The notes under the pieces: model-generated
The model's database searches: none
Seen by the model: only the letters and a program-made list of their open reading frames with translations
Told to the model about the DNA's origin: nothing
From: a virus
Lineage: Duplodnaviria > Caudoviricetes
Strand: one strand, 5' to 3'
Length of the DNA stretch: 48,920 nucleotides
IMG/VR virus record: IMGVR_UViG_3300020045_005581
Coordinates: 1-48,920 of that record
Program-made: the position numbers and the translations under genes
Part shown: piece by piece, positions 19,201 to 28,382 of the stretch
Position numbering within the stretch: position 1 is the first letter of the stretch
Layout: every line of letters begins with the position of its first letter

Positions 19201-20058
19201 GAACAGGCTCACGGATTAGATAAGGTTAAATTTGCAGATATATATAGTTCTTTACTAGGAACAATCTCTCCAGTAGGAACAAGTAAAAATGAGTTATTAT
19301 CAACATTAACTCCACAAATAATTAAACCTGCCCTACAGGCAGAGACAAATCAAAATTTCTTTACAGGGCTACCACAGGTATCTAAAGGTATGGAAAGACT
19401 TTCTCCTGAATTACAAGTAAAAGAAAGCACATCAGGAACAGCTAAAAAAATAGCTGGGTCTTTAGGTGCATCCCCAATAAAAACAGAGGAGTTTATAAAA
19501 GGAACATTTGGAGCTGTTGGTTCTCAAATGTTAAACCTAACAGATAATGCTCTAGCTAAACTAGGCATCATACCAGAAGAAGAAGTGGGAGGAGAAAATA
19601 TTATTGAGGCGGTTATAAAAAGATTTGCAAAAGCATCTGGAGGAAAAGAGGATGATCCAACTCAAGAACAACTAAACACACTCATTCAAAAACAAGATGA
19701 TGAAAGATTTCTGCGAAAACAACAAGCAGAATTGTTATATGAAGAATTAAAAACAATGGATAGTAAGGTTAGAAATGAAAAATGGGAATCTATTGTCAAA
19801 GAAGACAAGGAATTGGCTAAAAAAATATCAGAAGTGGGTGAGGAAAAGAAAAAAGGATTAGACTATACTGATAGACTTGTTATGCAATTAGGTGTCGATA
19901 ATGGAGAAAGAGCTAAATTTGTCTATGATAAAATTAACAAACTTAAATCTCCTGAAGAAAAAAAGGCTTATTTTCAAGAGTTAGTAGATAAAAAAATAAT
20001 AACTAATACAATATCTAAACAAATATCATTTCTAGTAGAACGTGATAAAAACAAATAA
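16219..20058 (+). CDS. Large internal virion/ejection protein with an LPD38-like C-terminal region
   Basis: 1279 aa; NYVPINR, VNFMRRG...IPYLNASIQG, YEKENNFII...IKIPLP and NQNFFTG motifs. Confidence 0.7.
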   Translation: MSSFKEFSQLGASGSFASFAKDVEPIVSRITSLQEERKKKNKELEKQSFPIENVNIGEALNSGRLTLGKPKTFLDKFKEAQEKTADFFGFGDRSGEVQKFETPQQSDLRKRQEDISNEIKGITSSSILGFGLDQEKSVRLKQLQDEDKGIKELYKGLSSPEQRQKQAELESDRAGAIISSMDVGAPNILKQIAKTTNKKLIGSLIKGRVPDEAIDGLKSVLADAKSDKAVKSILDNSKNATLDNLNYINDVVKKQGEAKESGDLTFTDKIKKVFRNVKSQLVDSTSVIEDTLSKSQKDFNFKVVPTKDVSYQIDRVLSSPRLAGQFMKDNGLGEIIQKVDNIDAFNQYLIARQAKDVAKNGIETGRDLLKDDELIKFLSPVYEKQAKKVTEYSHKLLDYSVDSGLISKELSNKLKEIYPNYVPINRVFSELEQDATFGGSRAMASLSNQDIVKKLQGSTREIENPLDSLLAKTNDAFTQGEKNKAAQMLTSYHSLPGNPFGLEPLRTAENVQKRIDILSKLKETFKEKRSFIRNGKTVNKEIKVADKKFTEVFNSNENNLVKKLGTKFSKTQIELEKLVDHAQAVASDFGKSSDINSLLSKVDTRERKLHRLNADLSSAIAKFNDQKAKNLSERFQTLKDIQLKRKALDVLLDARNASINTLKDELSDVKDITKLAGDQTISVLRNGINEVWKTTPEIAQSAKSLGVQQMNILGKIMSVPVRVLKLGTTGVSLPFAAANVVKDQLSSFINNSNALKTTIAQPQSYVKALFNAVKHGELYDDLVRNAAGGTSFDIARDQVKETVEKIRANKGAVEKAKYLVKNPTEMFRAVENAFSRTEEFSRLQSFEGAKQAALRSGRTLEDANLIAAKAARENSVNFMRRGEFGTVLNNFIPYLNASIQGARTLIRSFQKNPTATTAKLATVIYTPMAISTAWNLGDDKRRKAYEDIQDYEKENNFIIVPPNPEQDENGKWNVIKIPLPPGISDSSMIVRRAIEQAHGLDKVKFADIYSSLLGTISPVGTSKNELLSTLTPQIIKPALQAETNQNFFTGLPQVSKGMERLSPELQVKESTSGTAKKIAGSLGASPIKTEEFIKGTFGAVGSQMLNLTDNALAKLGIIPEEEVGGENIIEAVIKRFAKASGGKEDDPTQEQLNTLIQKQDDERFLRKQQAELLYEELKTMDSKVRNEKWESIVKEDKELAKKISEVGEEKKKGLDYTDRLVMQLGVDNGERAKFVYDKINKLKSPEEKKAYFQELVDKKIITNTISKQISFLVERDKNK

Positions 20059-20520
20059 ATGGAAAACAGTCAAGTTATAATGTGGATAAAAAACGCATTA
20101 TACCTACCATCATTCTTAATAGCAGTAGGCTTCCCTGAACAAACAGCATGGAGCATTACAATTCTAACAACACTAATGTTGATTGATTTTATTACTGGGA
20201 TAGCTGCCTCAAGTAAAATTTATGGATGGTGTTCAATTACATCTAAAAGAATGACTTCTGGTGTTGTATCTAAATTAGTTATACTTCTTATTCCTTTTAT
20301 AATCGCAATGACTGGAAAGGGAATTGGAGTTGATTTTATGGTTTATGTGCAGTGGTCATTAGTAATCTTAATTCTGTCTGAAGCATATTCAAATGCTGGA
20401 AACATTCAGACATATAGAACAGGTAAAAAAGTACTAGAAGTAGATGCTGTTAGTTTACTTTTATCTAAAATCCGCAAAATATTTTACTCCATCATTAAAA
20501 ATAACATTGACAAATGTTAA
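20059..20520 (+). CDS. Phage holin family protein
   Basis: LMLIDFITGI...ITSKRMTSGVVSKL...SEAYSNAGN; several TM segments. Confidence 0.8.
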   Translation: MENSQVIMWIKNALYLPSFLIAVGFPEQTAWSITILTTLMLIDFITGIAASSKIYGWCSITSKRMTSGVVSKLVILLIPFIIAMTGKGIGVDFMVYVQWSLVILILSEAYSNAGNIQTYRTGKKVLEVDAVSLLLSKIRKIFYSIIKNNIDKC

Positions 20521-20535
20521 AAAATGTGCTAGTAT
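20507..20535 (+). promoter_or_regulatory. Sigma70-type promoter for the HNH gene
   Basis: TTGACA-17 bp-TAGTAT with extended -10 TG. Confidence 0.6.
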
Positions 20536-20560
20536 TAAGTATAAGCATTAAGGTTAATTT

Positions 20561-21010
20561 ATGGATGGATGTATTCATTGTAGTAGAAAACCAAATAAAG
20601 ATGGGTATGGCAGAATAAGTATAAAAAACAAGGTTTATTTTGAGCATAGAATTGCCTATCAAAAGGAGCATCCTAACGATGATATATCTAAAAAAATTAT
20701 TCACCATATTTGCGAAAATCCAAGCTGTGTTAATCCGATACACTTAGTTGCAGTTACAAAAAAAGAACACTCAAAAGAACATGGATTAAGTGGTATAACA
20801 CTAGAGCATAGTAAAAAAGAATGTTGTAAATATGGACATCCATTTGACAAAATTACTAATAGACAGAGGTCTTGCTCGATATGCCTAAAAAGAATAAAGC
20901 TAAAATATGCTAATGCTAATAAGGAAAAAATTAAAAACTATAGAAAGGAATGGAGAAATAAGAATAGAGAAATGGAAAATGAAAGAAATAAATTATATTT
21001 ACATAAGTGA
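20561..21010 (+). CDS. HNH homing endonuclease
   Basis: GYGRI...HRIAY...IHHICENPSCVNPIHL plus CKYGHPF...CSIC. Confidence 0.9.
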   Translation: MDGCIHCSRKPNKDGYGRISIKNKVYFEHRIAYQKEHPNDDISKKIIHHICENPSCVNPIHLVAVTKKEHSKEHGLSGITLEHSKKECCKYGHPFDKITNRQRSCSICLKRIKLKYANANKEKIKNYRKEWRNKNREMENERNKLYLHK

Positions 21011-21047
21011 AGGGCAAATAAAAAATTAATAAGTTAATTTTAATTAT

Positions 21048-22061
21048 ATGTATAAGTGTGTTGACATAAGTCACCATAATGGAAAAATAGATTTCTCAAA
21101 AGTAGATGCTGAGTTAGTTATAATGAAGGCTACTCAAGGTACTATGTTTGTAGATTCTATGTTGCAGGTAAACAGAGAGGGATTTGCTCACGTCAAACAA
21201 GGATTCTATCATTTTGCAAATGGTGGATCACCTTTTAATGAAGCTGCTCATTTTGTCAAAACTATTGGTGAAATTAGAGATGAAATTCTAGTATTAGATT
21301 GGGAGATTCAACACAATGATACAGTTAATTGGTGTCTTCAGTTCTTACAAGAAGTGGAAAGACTTACTAGCAAAAAACCTTTAATCTACTTGAACCAAGC
21401 AACAGTTAAAAAATATGATTGGTCATCAGTTTCTAAGAGATACGGATTATGGATTGCTCGATACGGACTTAATACCGGAACTGTGCCTACTATTTACAAA
21501 CCTGAAACAAAAGATTGGCCAACATACGCTATTTGGCAATATACCTCTAGGGGTCGTGTTAATGGAATTAAGGGATATGTTGATTTGAACTTAGTTAATA
21601 CAGTAGAAGAACCATCTATTTACTGGCAAAGACATCCTAGATACAAAGGTCAAAAAATAGGTCTATCACAAACAGATATGCAACAATACGGATGCTATCT
21701 TATGTGTTGGTCTTACTTAGTAGGAAAAGATCCTTTGGACATTAATCGGTTATTTATTGAAAAAGGTGTCTATAAAGACATTGATAATATTCCAGATTTT
21801 AATCTAGCAGATGATGATATGATTGATTCCCACAAGGCTTGTATTGCTCTAGGGTTAAAGTGGATTGGAACATTTCCTGATATTAATTATATGCCTACTC
21901 AAAAACTTACAATTAAAGAAGTTAAGATGGGTAAAGGGCAACACTTTGTAGTTCGTATTAATAGGAATGGAAAAAGAGAAATATTTGATCCTTGGTTGGG
22001 TCGTGATCTAACAATTAATTATTATCCGTTTAAATCATACCGGGTAATGGAAAAATTATGA
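21048..22061 (+). CDS. Endolysin: GH25 muramidase fused to a C39-like peptidase domain
   Basis: VDISHHNG, KATQG, YHF, LDWE, LWIARY, WQYTS and VDLN (GH25), followed by Q..P....IG...YGC...HFVV...DPW. Confidence 0.85.
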   Translation: MYKCVDISHHNGKIDFSKVDAELVIMKATQGTMFVDSMLQVNREGFAHVKQGFYHFANGGSPFNEAAHFVKTIGEIRDEILVLDWEIQHNDTVNWCLQFLQEVERLTSKKPLIYLNQATVKKYDWSSVSKRYGLWIARYGLNTGTVPTIYKPETKDWPTYAIWQYTSRGRVNGIKGYVDLNLVNTVEEPSIYWQRHPRYKGQKIGLSQTDMQQYGCYLMCWSYLVGKDPLDINRLFIEKGVYKDIDNIPDFNLADDDMIDSHKACIALGLKWIGTFPDINYMPTQKLTIKEVKMGKGQHFVVRINRNGKREIFDPWLGRDLTINYYPFKSYRVMEKL

Positions 22062-22237
22062 ATGAAAAACTTAAAAAAATTGGTAAAGGTGCTTTAATCG
22101 CTGGTGGAGGAGCTGCCATTGTTTATGCACTACAGATAGTAGCTACTATGGACTTTGGAGAATATACACCATTAGTTGTAGCTTTTAGTGGAATCATTAT
22201 AAACGCTGTATATCAAATACAGAAAGATAATCAGTAA
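22058..22237 (+). CDS. Small two-TM membrane protein (second holin candidate), 59 aa
   Basis: My translation: MNEKLKKIGKGALIAGGGAAIVYALQIV...VYQIQKDNQ*. ATGA overlap with the endolysin gene. Confidence 0.7.
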   Translation: MNEKLKKIGKGALIAGGGAAIVYALQIVATMDFGEYTPLVVAFSGIIINAVYQIQKDNQ

Positions 22238-22270
22238 AAAAAACTTATTAGTATTATTGAATTATTACTT

Positions 22271-22687
22271 TTGGTTCTTATACCTACAGCTGTAGCCTAT
22301 GAGAACCCTAAGCAAATAGAACAACCATACTTAGCAGCTACTTATCCCACTTATGTTGAGGTTAAGGCTACTGATAAAGAAATAGACCATAATGGTATAA
22401 TCCTAAGTCAACAAAGATCAAGATTAGGATATAACTGCTGGGAGTATGCTAAATCGAAAAGAAAACTTCCTCAGGGTCTATGGACACTAAAAAACAAACA
22501 AGATAAAATAAAAACAAAAGAACCATCTATAGGTTCAGTTGGTGTCACAAAAGAAGGCCATGTCGGGCATCTAGTAATTGTAGAAGAGATACGAACTGAA
22601 TCAATTGTAATAAGTGAAGGAAATTATCGTACCGGATTTATTACATGGAGAGAAGTGCCTAAAAATTTAATACTTGGATATATTTAA
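22271..22687 (+). CDS. CHAP-domain protein (start codon uncertain)
   Basis: NCWEYAK...GHVGHLVIVE...ISEGNY Cys/His motifs. Confidence 0.75.
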   Translation: MVLIPTAVAYENPKQIEQPYLAATYPTYVEVKATDKEIDHNGIILSQQRSRLGYNCWEYAKSKRKLPQGLWTLKNKQDKIKTKEPSIGSVGVTKEGHVGHLVIVEEIRTESIVISEGNYRTGFITWREVPKNLILGYI

Positions 22688-22712
22688 AAACACCCTTACG
22701 GGTGCTTTTTTT
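22686..22712. terminator. Bidirectional intrinsic terminator between convergent operons
   Basis: AAAAA-CACCC-TTAC-GGGTG-CTTTTTTT. Confidence 0.75.
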
Positions 22713-22767
22713 ATGGACTAGTAGTTAGTTTTATTGTTACGTCTAGTACAACTATAGAACTGAATAT

Positions 22768-23538
22768 TTATAATGAAACATGAATATCTTTTTTATCTCC
22801 TCCATCTAATCTTATGCGTGGACTACCTATTTTTAGTGGTCTAAGCATCATTTCTTCTGCATATCCATCATCCCATTCTAAGTAACCACCTGATCCAACT
22901 AATAACTGTCTGTGCTTATCAATTTTATTTGTTCTTACGTTGTATTCGTTAGAAATAATTGGTGATGCTAATAATCCATGATGGTGACCTCCTACATAAA
23001 AATCTGCGTTTGTGAGTAGTTTAGTCATTTCTTCAACTCTGTTTAACTTAGCACCCATTGTTTTTCCTCCTCCTGAAGTATGGTGGAAATATCCTACATA
23101 CTGCTGTCTAAATCTTTTTCCATCTTGTCTTTTATGAACTTTAAAGTTAATAGCTACAGATTTATGAGAGTATGGTATTCCTAGAGCGATACAGAAAGCA
23201 TTCATCATTGAAAAGTTAGCAAAATCTTCTAATCTCTTCTCATGGTTTCCATCTATTGCAGTAACTATTTGTGAGGCGTATGGCTTAAAAAGTTCTACCA
23301 CTTCTTCAAATTCAGAAGCTGGTTGATCAAATGGAGATGTTTTTGAATCTCTAGTTGCTCCGTTGAATATATCTCCCACCAAAACTATTCTTGCATTTGG
23401 ATGTTCTTTTACCCAATCTAGGTTTCCTTTTAAAACCCTAAGAGAGTTAGATGTAAACGCCTTATCTCCGTAATGAAGATCTGAAATTGGTATAACATAC
23501 CCTACTTCTTCATTAATTTCACATGTCAATGTTTTCAT
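22768..23538 (-). CDS. Calcineurin-like metallophosphoesterase
   Basis: SDLHYG, GDIFN, GNHE and GGHHH motifs. Confidence 0.85.
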   Translation of the reverse strand: MKTLTCEINEEVGYVIPISDLHYGDKAFTSNSLRVLKGNLDWVKEHPNARIVLVGDIFNGATRDSKTSPFDQPASEFEEVVELFKPYASQIVTAIDGNHEKRLEDFANFSMMNAFCIALGIPYSHKSVAINFKVHKRQDGKRFRQQYVGYFHHTSGGGKTMGAKLNRVEEMTKLLTNADFYVGGHHHGLLASPIISNEYNVRTNKIDKHRQLLVGSGGYLEWDDGYAEEMMLRPLKIGSPRIRLDGGDKKDIHVSL

Positions 23539-23812
23539 TTTTGTTTTTTACAGTTACATTTTTTATTTCCGTATTCTCCACAATCTACACATTTTTCTAC
23601 ATCACGTATTGATTTTTCTCTCCTTATTTCTTCTTCGATCACCTCAAGTGTCGGAAGTTTGAAAGGAAGTCTATTTTGTAGGTAGTTTAAAATTTCTTGT
23701 TTTTTAATCATACTATTGATCAGGCCATAAAACTTCACCCCATTCGTCTAAGCAATCGCTACACCTGTCAAATCCATCTTCAGTTTCATTTCCACAAATT
23801 TCACATTCCATA

Positions 23813-24076
23813 TTAATCTAGGCTCTTAAGTCCTAATAAAAATTGTTTAACATCACATATATAAGCTCCGTCTTGGCCTATGGTAGCTCCATATAACCAC
23901 TTAACAAATCTTTTATACATCATTTTACCCATAATCTTTTCACAATCTTCAAATCTAATTCCTGATTCACACCATCCATACTCGTCATCCCATCTATGAA
24001 CTACTGGAAAGTCATGAATTGACAAGGGTTTTTTTTCTTTTTTGAACTTCACGATTGGTATTTTTATTTTTTCCAT
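23813..24076 (-). CDS. Hypothetical protein
   Basis: 87-aa ORF in the leftward operon. Confidence 0.6.
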   Translation of the reverse strand: MEKIKIPIVKFKKEKKPLSIHDFPVVHRWDDEYGWCESGIRFEDCEKIMGKMMYKRFVKWLYGATIGQDGAYICDVKQFLLGLKSLD

Positions 24077-24215
24077 TCCTTTTCAATAGCCTCAAAAGCT
24101 ATTTTTAACTTAAATTTATTAACCTTCATTCCTTTTAACAACTTAGACCTAAACCTTTGTGATCTTGAGTTGCACTTACCCTTGTATGAATGAGATCCAT
24201 TAGTGAATGTCATGT

Positions 24216-24692
24216 TCATTTTGCGTAGAAACCCTCTCTAGTTGCCATGTTTTTAATTAAATTATTTAACTCGTCTTCACTTAATGTACTAATAAGTCTA
24301 TTGTCACCAAATGTGTAACCATTATTAGTCCATCTATTTAGCATTTTGTCAATAGTTGTTTCCCCATATCCATCTAGGAGTAGTTCTCGAGCAGCTTGCC
24401 ACCCATCCTCTAAACATTCAAATTTTAAATACTTTTCTCGCTTAGCCAGTCCTTGATCTACCCATTTTCTTGTTAATCTTCCGTAAGTTATGTTAAGTGG
24501 GTTATTGTTACGTTGAGGAAGATTGAAACCATGCGGAGGAGTGCAACTTTTGGTGGGTAAATTGACTTCTGTGGGATTTTCTTGGGTCAATGGTACATCT
24601 ATGGGTATCTCAGGGTAAAACGTCTTAGAAGTGCCTTTATCTGTGGTTAAAATTATTGATATTATTATTAAAGTTATAACAATGGTACGCAT
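24216..24692 (-). CDS. Membrane-anchored lysozyme-fold-like protein
   Basis: N-terminal hydrophobic anchor; RNNNPLNI...F...EDGWQA...TI..ML.RW motif. Confidence 0.55.
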   Translation of the reverse strand: MRTIVITLIIISIILTTDKGTSKTFYPEIPIDVPLTQENPTEVNLPTKSCTPPHGFNLPQRNNNPLNITYGRLTRKWVDQGLAKREKYLKFECLEDGWQAARELLLDGYGETTIDKMLNRWTNNGYTFGDNRLISTLSEDELNNLIKNMATREGFYAK

Positions 24693-25024
24693 TATTTCGT
24701 TACTCCTAAAATTTTATATTCATCCCCACATAACCATCCATACTGTTTTGAGTCGAATGATTTAGCATTGCAACCTAAAACATATATACAATTATCATTT
24801 TTGCCTACTAAAAACTTATTTAGTATTAAATTATGGCATTTTTCTACATTACATTTAAAACTAATGGTATCTCCTATTTCTACAATTTTATTTGGATATA
24901 CATTTATCATTCTTCCCTCCACAAAACATGGAGTCATCGAACTTCCGGTTGTAACCATGTGATAATGATAGTCATTATAAAAGTAAAATGACAACATAAG
25001 TGAAATTGTAATGATATATTTCAT
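24692..25024 (-). CDS. S26 signal-peptidase-like protein
   Basis: GSSMTP (catalytic Ser), LNK (Lys), YVLGCN..SFDSKQYG; N-terminal TM segment. Confidence 0.7.
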   Translation of the reverse strand: MKYIITISLMLSFYFYNDYHYHMVTTGSSMTPCFVEGRMINVYPNKIVEIGDTISFKCNVEKCHNLILNKFLVGKNDNCIYVLGCNAKSFDSKQYGWLCGDEYKILGVTK

Positions 25025-25244
25025 ATAATTTTCTAATCTTTAAGCCCCTCCTTGAGGCTCAAAGTTAGTAAACTACATTATCTTTCCTATGATTGTGTCA
25101 ATCGCTTCTTCTCTGGCTACCAATTTAGCACTTCTGGCGTCTGAATCAATCGCATCACATTTTTCTTTGTATTCTTTTTCAATGTGATCAATCTTAGCGT
25201 TTACCCTTTTAAGGATTTCTTTTCTAATTGTGTTTTTAAACATA

Positions 25245-26129
25245 TTATTTATTTAGGTCAATAAATGGTACTGTGCTTCCCGGAACCATTGTCGTTGGTA
25301 CTGTTCCATTCCATTTTTCAATCGCCTTTAGTTTTACATAATCTGCTCCACCTTGAGATTGGATTGCCTCAGCTTGAATTTTAATGGACTCAGCCTCAGC
25401 TTTAGCGTTGGTAATTCTAGCTTCTGCATTTCCATTAGCCTCAGCTACTCTTTGTTTAGCCTCAATTTCAATTCTTTTTAGAGTTTGTTCTGATTTTAGT
25501 GCATCTTGTCCAGCTTGGATTTTTTGGTTGATAGAGTTTATAATTGCTGGCTCAAGTCCTGTTCTATTAATTGTAAACTGAGTAAAATTAAATCCGTCTT
25601 GTCCTACTGTATCATTTAAGCTTTTTTGAATAAGACCAGCGATTTCTTCCTTCTTAGCTCCGTAAATATCTTCTACTGAATACCTTCCAAATACATTCTG
25701 TGCTGCTTGACGTACTGATTGCCTTAGAAATGAATTTTGGATTGTCTCAATATTAGATCTGTATTTTACATAAAGAGCTGGAACTTTTAGTGGGTCTAGG
25801 GTATATGACATTGAAACATCTATATTAACTGGAGAGCCCTCAACTGAACTAACTGTGATGCTATCATCATTTTTACTTCCCTCAGTCTTGTCTTTAGTCC
25901 AAACAGCTGTTTGCATATAAACTGGGTATTCTTGAATGTCTTCTGTAAATAGTTTTGTCATTCCCCACCCCGGAGTCAATGCAACTGGAGCAACGCCTGT
26001 ATCTGTTTGCCCTCCCTTGTAAATTAATACTCCAACATTACCCGGGCTGATGTAGTAAGTTTTAGCAATAGCAGTAACTCCTCCTAGAATAGCTCCTACT
26101 ATGATTAATATGCCGATAAGTCCTTTCAT
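25245..26129 (-). CDS. SPFH/band-7 (prohibitin-like) membrane protein
   Basis: TM segment + ISPGNVGV, a coiled coil, and the AIEKWNGTVP tail. Confidence 0.9.
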   Translation of the reverse strand: MKGLIGILIIVGAILGGVTAIAKTYYISPGNVGVLIYKGGQTDTGVAPVALTPGWGMTKLFTEDIQEYPVYMQTAVWTKDKTEGSKNDDSITVSSVEGSPVNIDVSMSYTLDPLKVPALYVKYRSNIETIQNSFLRQSVRQAAQNVFGRYSVEDIYGAKKEEIAGLIQKSLNDTVGQDGFNFTQFTINRTGLEPAIINSINQKIQAGQDALKSEQTLKRIEIEAKQRVAEANGNAEARITNAKAEAESIKIQAEAIQSQGGADYVKLKAIEKWNGTVPTTMVPGSTVPFIDLNK

Positions 26130-26274
26130 TTTTTTAATATTTTATTGATTAATATCTCGTTTTTAGCGTTCCTTTTTCTCATTATTCTACATAGTCTTGC
26201 TATAGGAACACTAAATAATTGATTAAGCACTACTATTATTACGATAAGTAACAACATTAATACTATTATTTCTC

Positions 26275-26685
26275 CTAACATAATTTTGATAGTTTTAGTT
26301 TATACTCTTCTATTTTATTTTTAAGATCTTCTTCTGTAAATTTTACTGTTTCTTCACTCAATTTATCTAGTTTGTTAATCACTCGTTGTCCGTATCTTTT
26401 TTTCATATAAGCATCATATTTACGTGGATTTCCATCTTTACAGCAGTTACAGGAATAACATTGAGCATGAATACCTTGATCTACAAATAAAATAGCATTG
26501 TTTCTTCCTGAGATGAAATGTCCTCCTTGCTGCTCTTTCCAGTGCTTTATAACACCACAGGTACAGCAAGGAACATTCCCTCTCCAATCAGCATCCTTTC
26601 TTCTATTGTATTCTGAACAGAGCTTCCAGCATTTATCTTTTAGGATTTGATATGGAGTTCTATTTGTTTTTGTTTTCTTTTTCAA
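26275..26685 (-). CDS. ninG: NinG/Rap-like recombination endonuclease
   Basis: YNRRKD...CCTCG...GGHFISG...IHAQCYSCN. Confidence 0.8.
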   Translation of the reverse strand: MKKKTKTNRTPYQILKDKCWKLCSEYNRRKDADWRGNVPCCTCGVIKHWKEQQGGHFISGRNNAILFVDQGIHAQCYSCNCCKDGNPRKYDAYMKKRYGQRVINKLDKLSEETVKFTEEDLKNKIEEYKLKLSKLC

Positions 26686-27286
26686 ATTCTTCAGCTATTT
26701 CTATTAATTTATCGTCATACTTGGTAAACGCTTGGTGCAACTCCATGAATGATAAAGATGTTACACAATCATAATATTTTTCTTCGGCCTCTTTGTATGT
26801 CTTAAATCCTAGTTCCTGAGCTAATAGATTTTGTACTATCTCAAATGCTTGTGATGTCCAATTTCCTCTTTCGTCTTGTAGTCCAGCTTTTCTAAGAAGT
26901 TTTTCTTCTTTAGTTAGCATCATATTTTTTGCAAACTCTACTACGCTTTTTGTTGTGTCCATAATTTTTTCTTTTAATTGTTTATTATATTGTTCCTTCA
27001 AAACTTGTATTCCACAATCATCAAAATCATAATCAACTATAAGTCTTGGGCTTGGGTATGGAATAAAATTGTATTCTCTTAAAAAACTACCATCTGCTAT
27101 CTCTTCTACTGGCTCAAGCTCATCCTCCCTAAAAAATCCAAAATACTTTTTGTTATCACCGCTCCGACAAGTAAAACAATCACCATCAACATTAGTCACT
27201 ATCCCTATTTCATTTTCATAAGGATCAGCTCCAGAAAAATTATAGGCATCTTTTTTTAACATTCTAACTCTATCTCCTATTTTCAT
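26660..27286 (-). CDS. Hypothetical protein with an N-terminal SH3/KOW-like domain
   Basis: MKIGDRVR...GIVTNV...EDELEPV. Confidence 0.6.
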   Translation of the reverse strand: MKIGDRVRMLKKDAYNFSGADPYENEIGIVTNVDGDCFTCRSGDNKKYFGFFREDELEPVEEIADGSFLREYNFIPYPSPRLIVDYDFDDCGIQVLKEQYNKQLKEKIMDTTKSVVEFAKNMMLTKEEKLLRKAGLQDERGNWTSQAFEIVQNLLAQELGFKTYKEAEEKYYDCVTSLSFMELHQAFTKYDDKLIEIAEEFEKENKNK

Positions 27287-27292
27287 ATTTTT

Positions 27293-27703
27293 TTACTTAA
27301 TTTTTTCAGCATCTGGGATATATAAACCTAATTCTATTGAAGCCCATCTTTTGCATTTTTCAATAAATTCATAAAATTCGTCTGTTTTTAATTTAGAAGA
27401 AGACTTTATAAATGTATATTTCTTTCCTTTAATTACTTTATGCTTTTTTAAAAACATTGCTTTTAAAAATTCATGTAATTCATCCTCATCATCCCATTGT
27501 CCATAAGTTTCTTCTAATATTATTTTAAGTACTACACCCCAATAATAACGATTAGCTTCATTTGATCTTTGTTTCTTGTACTCTTTTACAGTTAATTCGC
27601 ATATCTTTTCATTTAACGAACCAACCCATATAGAATACATTTCTTCATCGAAAGGAAAAAATTGACCATTTAATATTTTTCCTCTAAATTTTGGTGTTAT
27701 CAT
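27293..27703 (-). CDS. NinB/DUF1367-like protein
   Basis: RSNEANRYYWGV...LHEFLK...SSSKLKTDEFYEFIE...LYIPD. Confidence 0.7.
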   Translation of the reverse strand: MITPKFRGKILNGQFFPFDEEMYSIWVGSLNEKICELTVKEYKKQRSNEANRYYWGVVLKIILEETYGQWDDEDELHEFLKAMFLKKHKVIKGKKYTFIKSSSKLKTDEFYEFIEKCKRWASIELGLYIPDAEKIK

Positions 27704-27709
27704 ATTTTT

Positions 27710-27990
<281 letters not shown>

Positions 27991-28003
<13 letters not shown>

Positions 28004-28365
28004 ATAGTTACTTTAGCAATTGAATTTTTAGCTTTTTCTGTTGCTGGTATAACTTCGATAATTTCTGATAAATCAAGTTCAGCAACTTCTACTGGAAATT
28101 GACAATCTTCTGGTTTAGAAACTCCATCTACAGATAATTGAGATAACGAAGCTGCTCCATTCCAATACCATAATCTTCTAGCTTGTTTTACTGTCGCTTC
28201 TTTTTGATTTTCACGATTTCTGTCGATATACCCAGCGAAACATCCTGATGAATAAGTTCTAATAATGCAATAAGTTAATCCATCTAACTCTTGTGCTTTT
28301 TCTTTTATTGAATCTGTACGAACATATTCTACATCATCAATTTTTAATGTTTTTGGTTGTTCCAT
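27991..28365 (-). CDS. DUF6948-like phage protein
   Basis: CIIRTYSSGCFAG...ARRLWYWNGAASLSQLSVDG...IEVIP. Confidence 0.7.
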
Positions 28366-28382
28366 TTTTTTAGATTTATTAA

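Noticed and set aside
20520-21048. Group I intron around the HNH in the lysis cassette
   Set aside because: Holin and endolysin both look intact, and the flanks are too short and AT-rich for an intron core.
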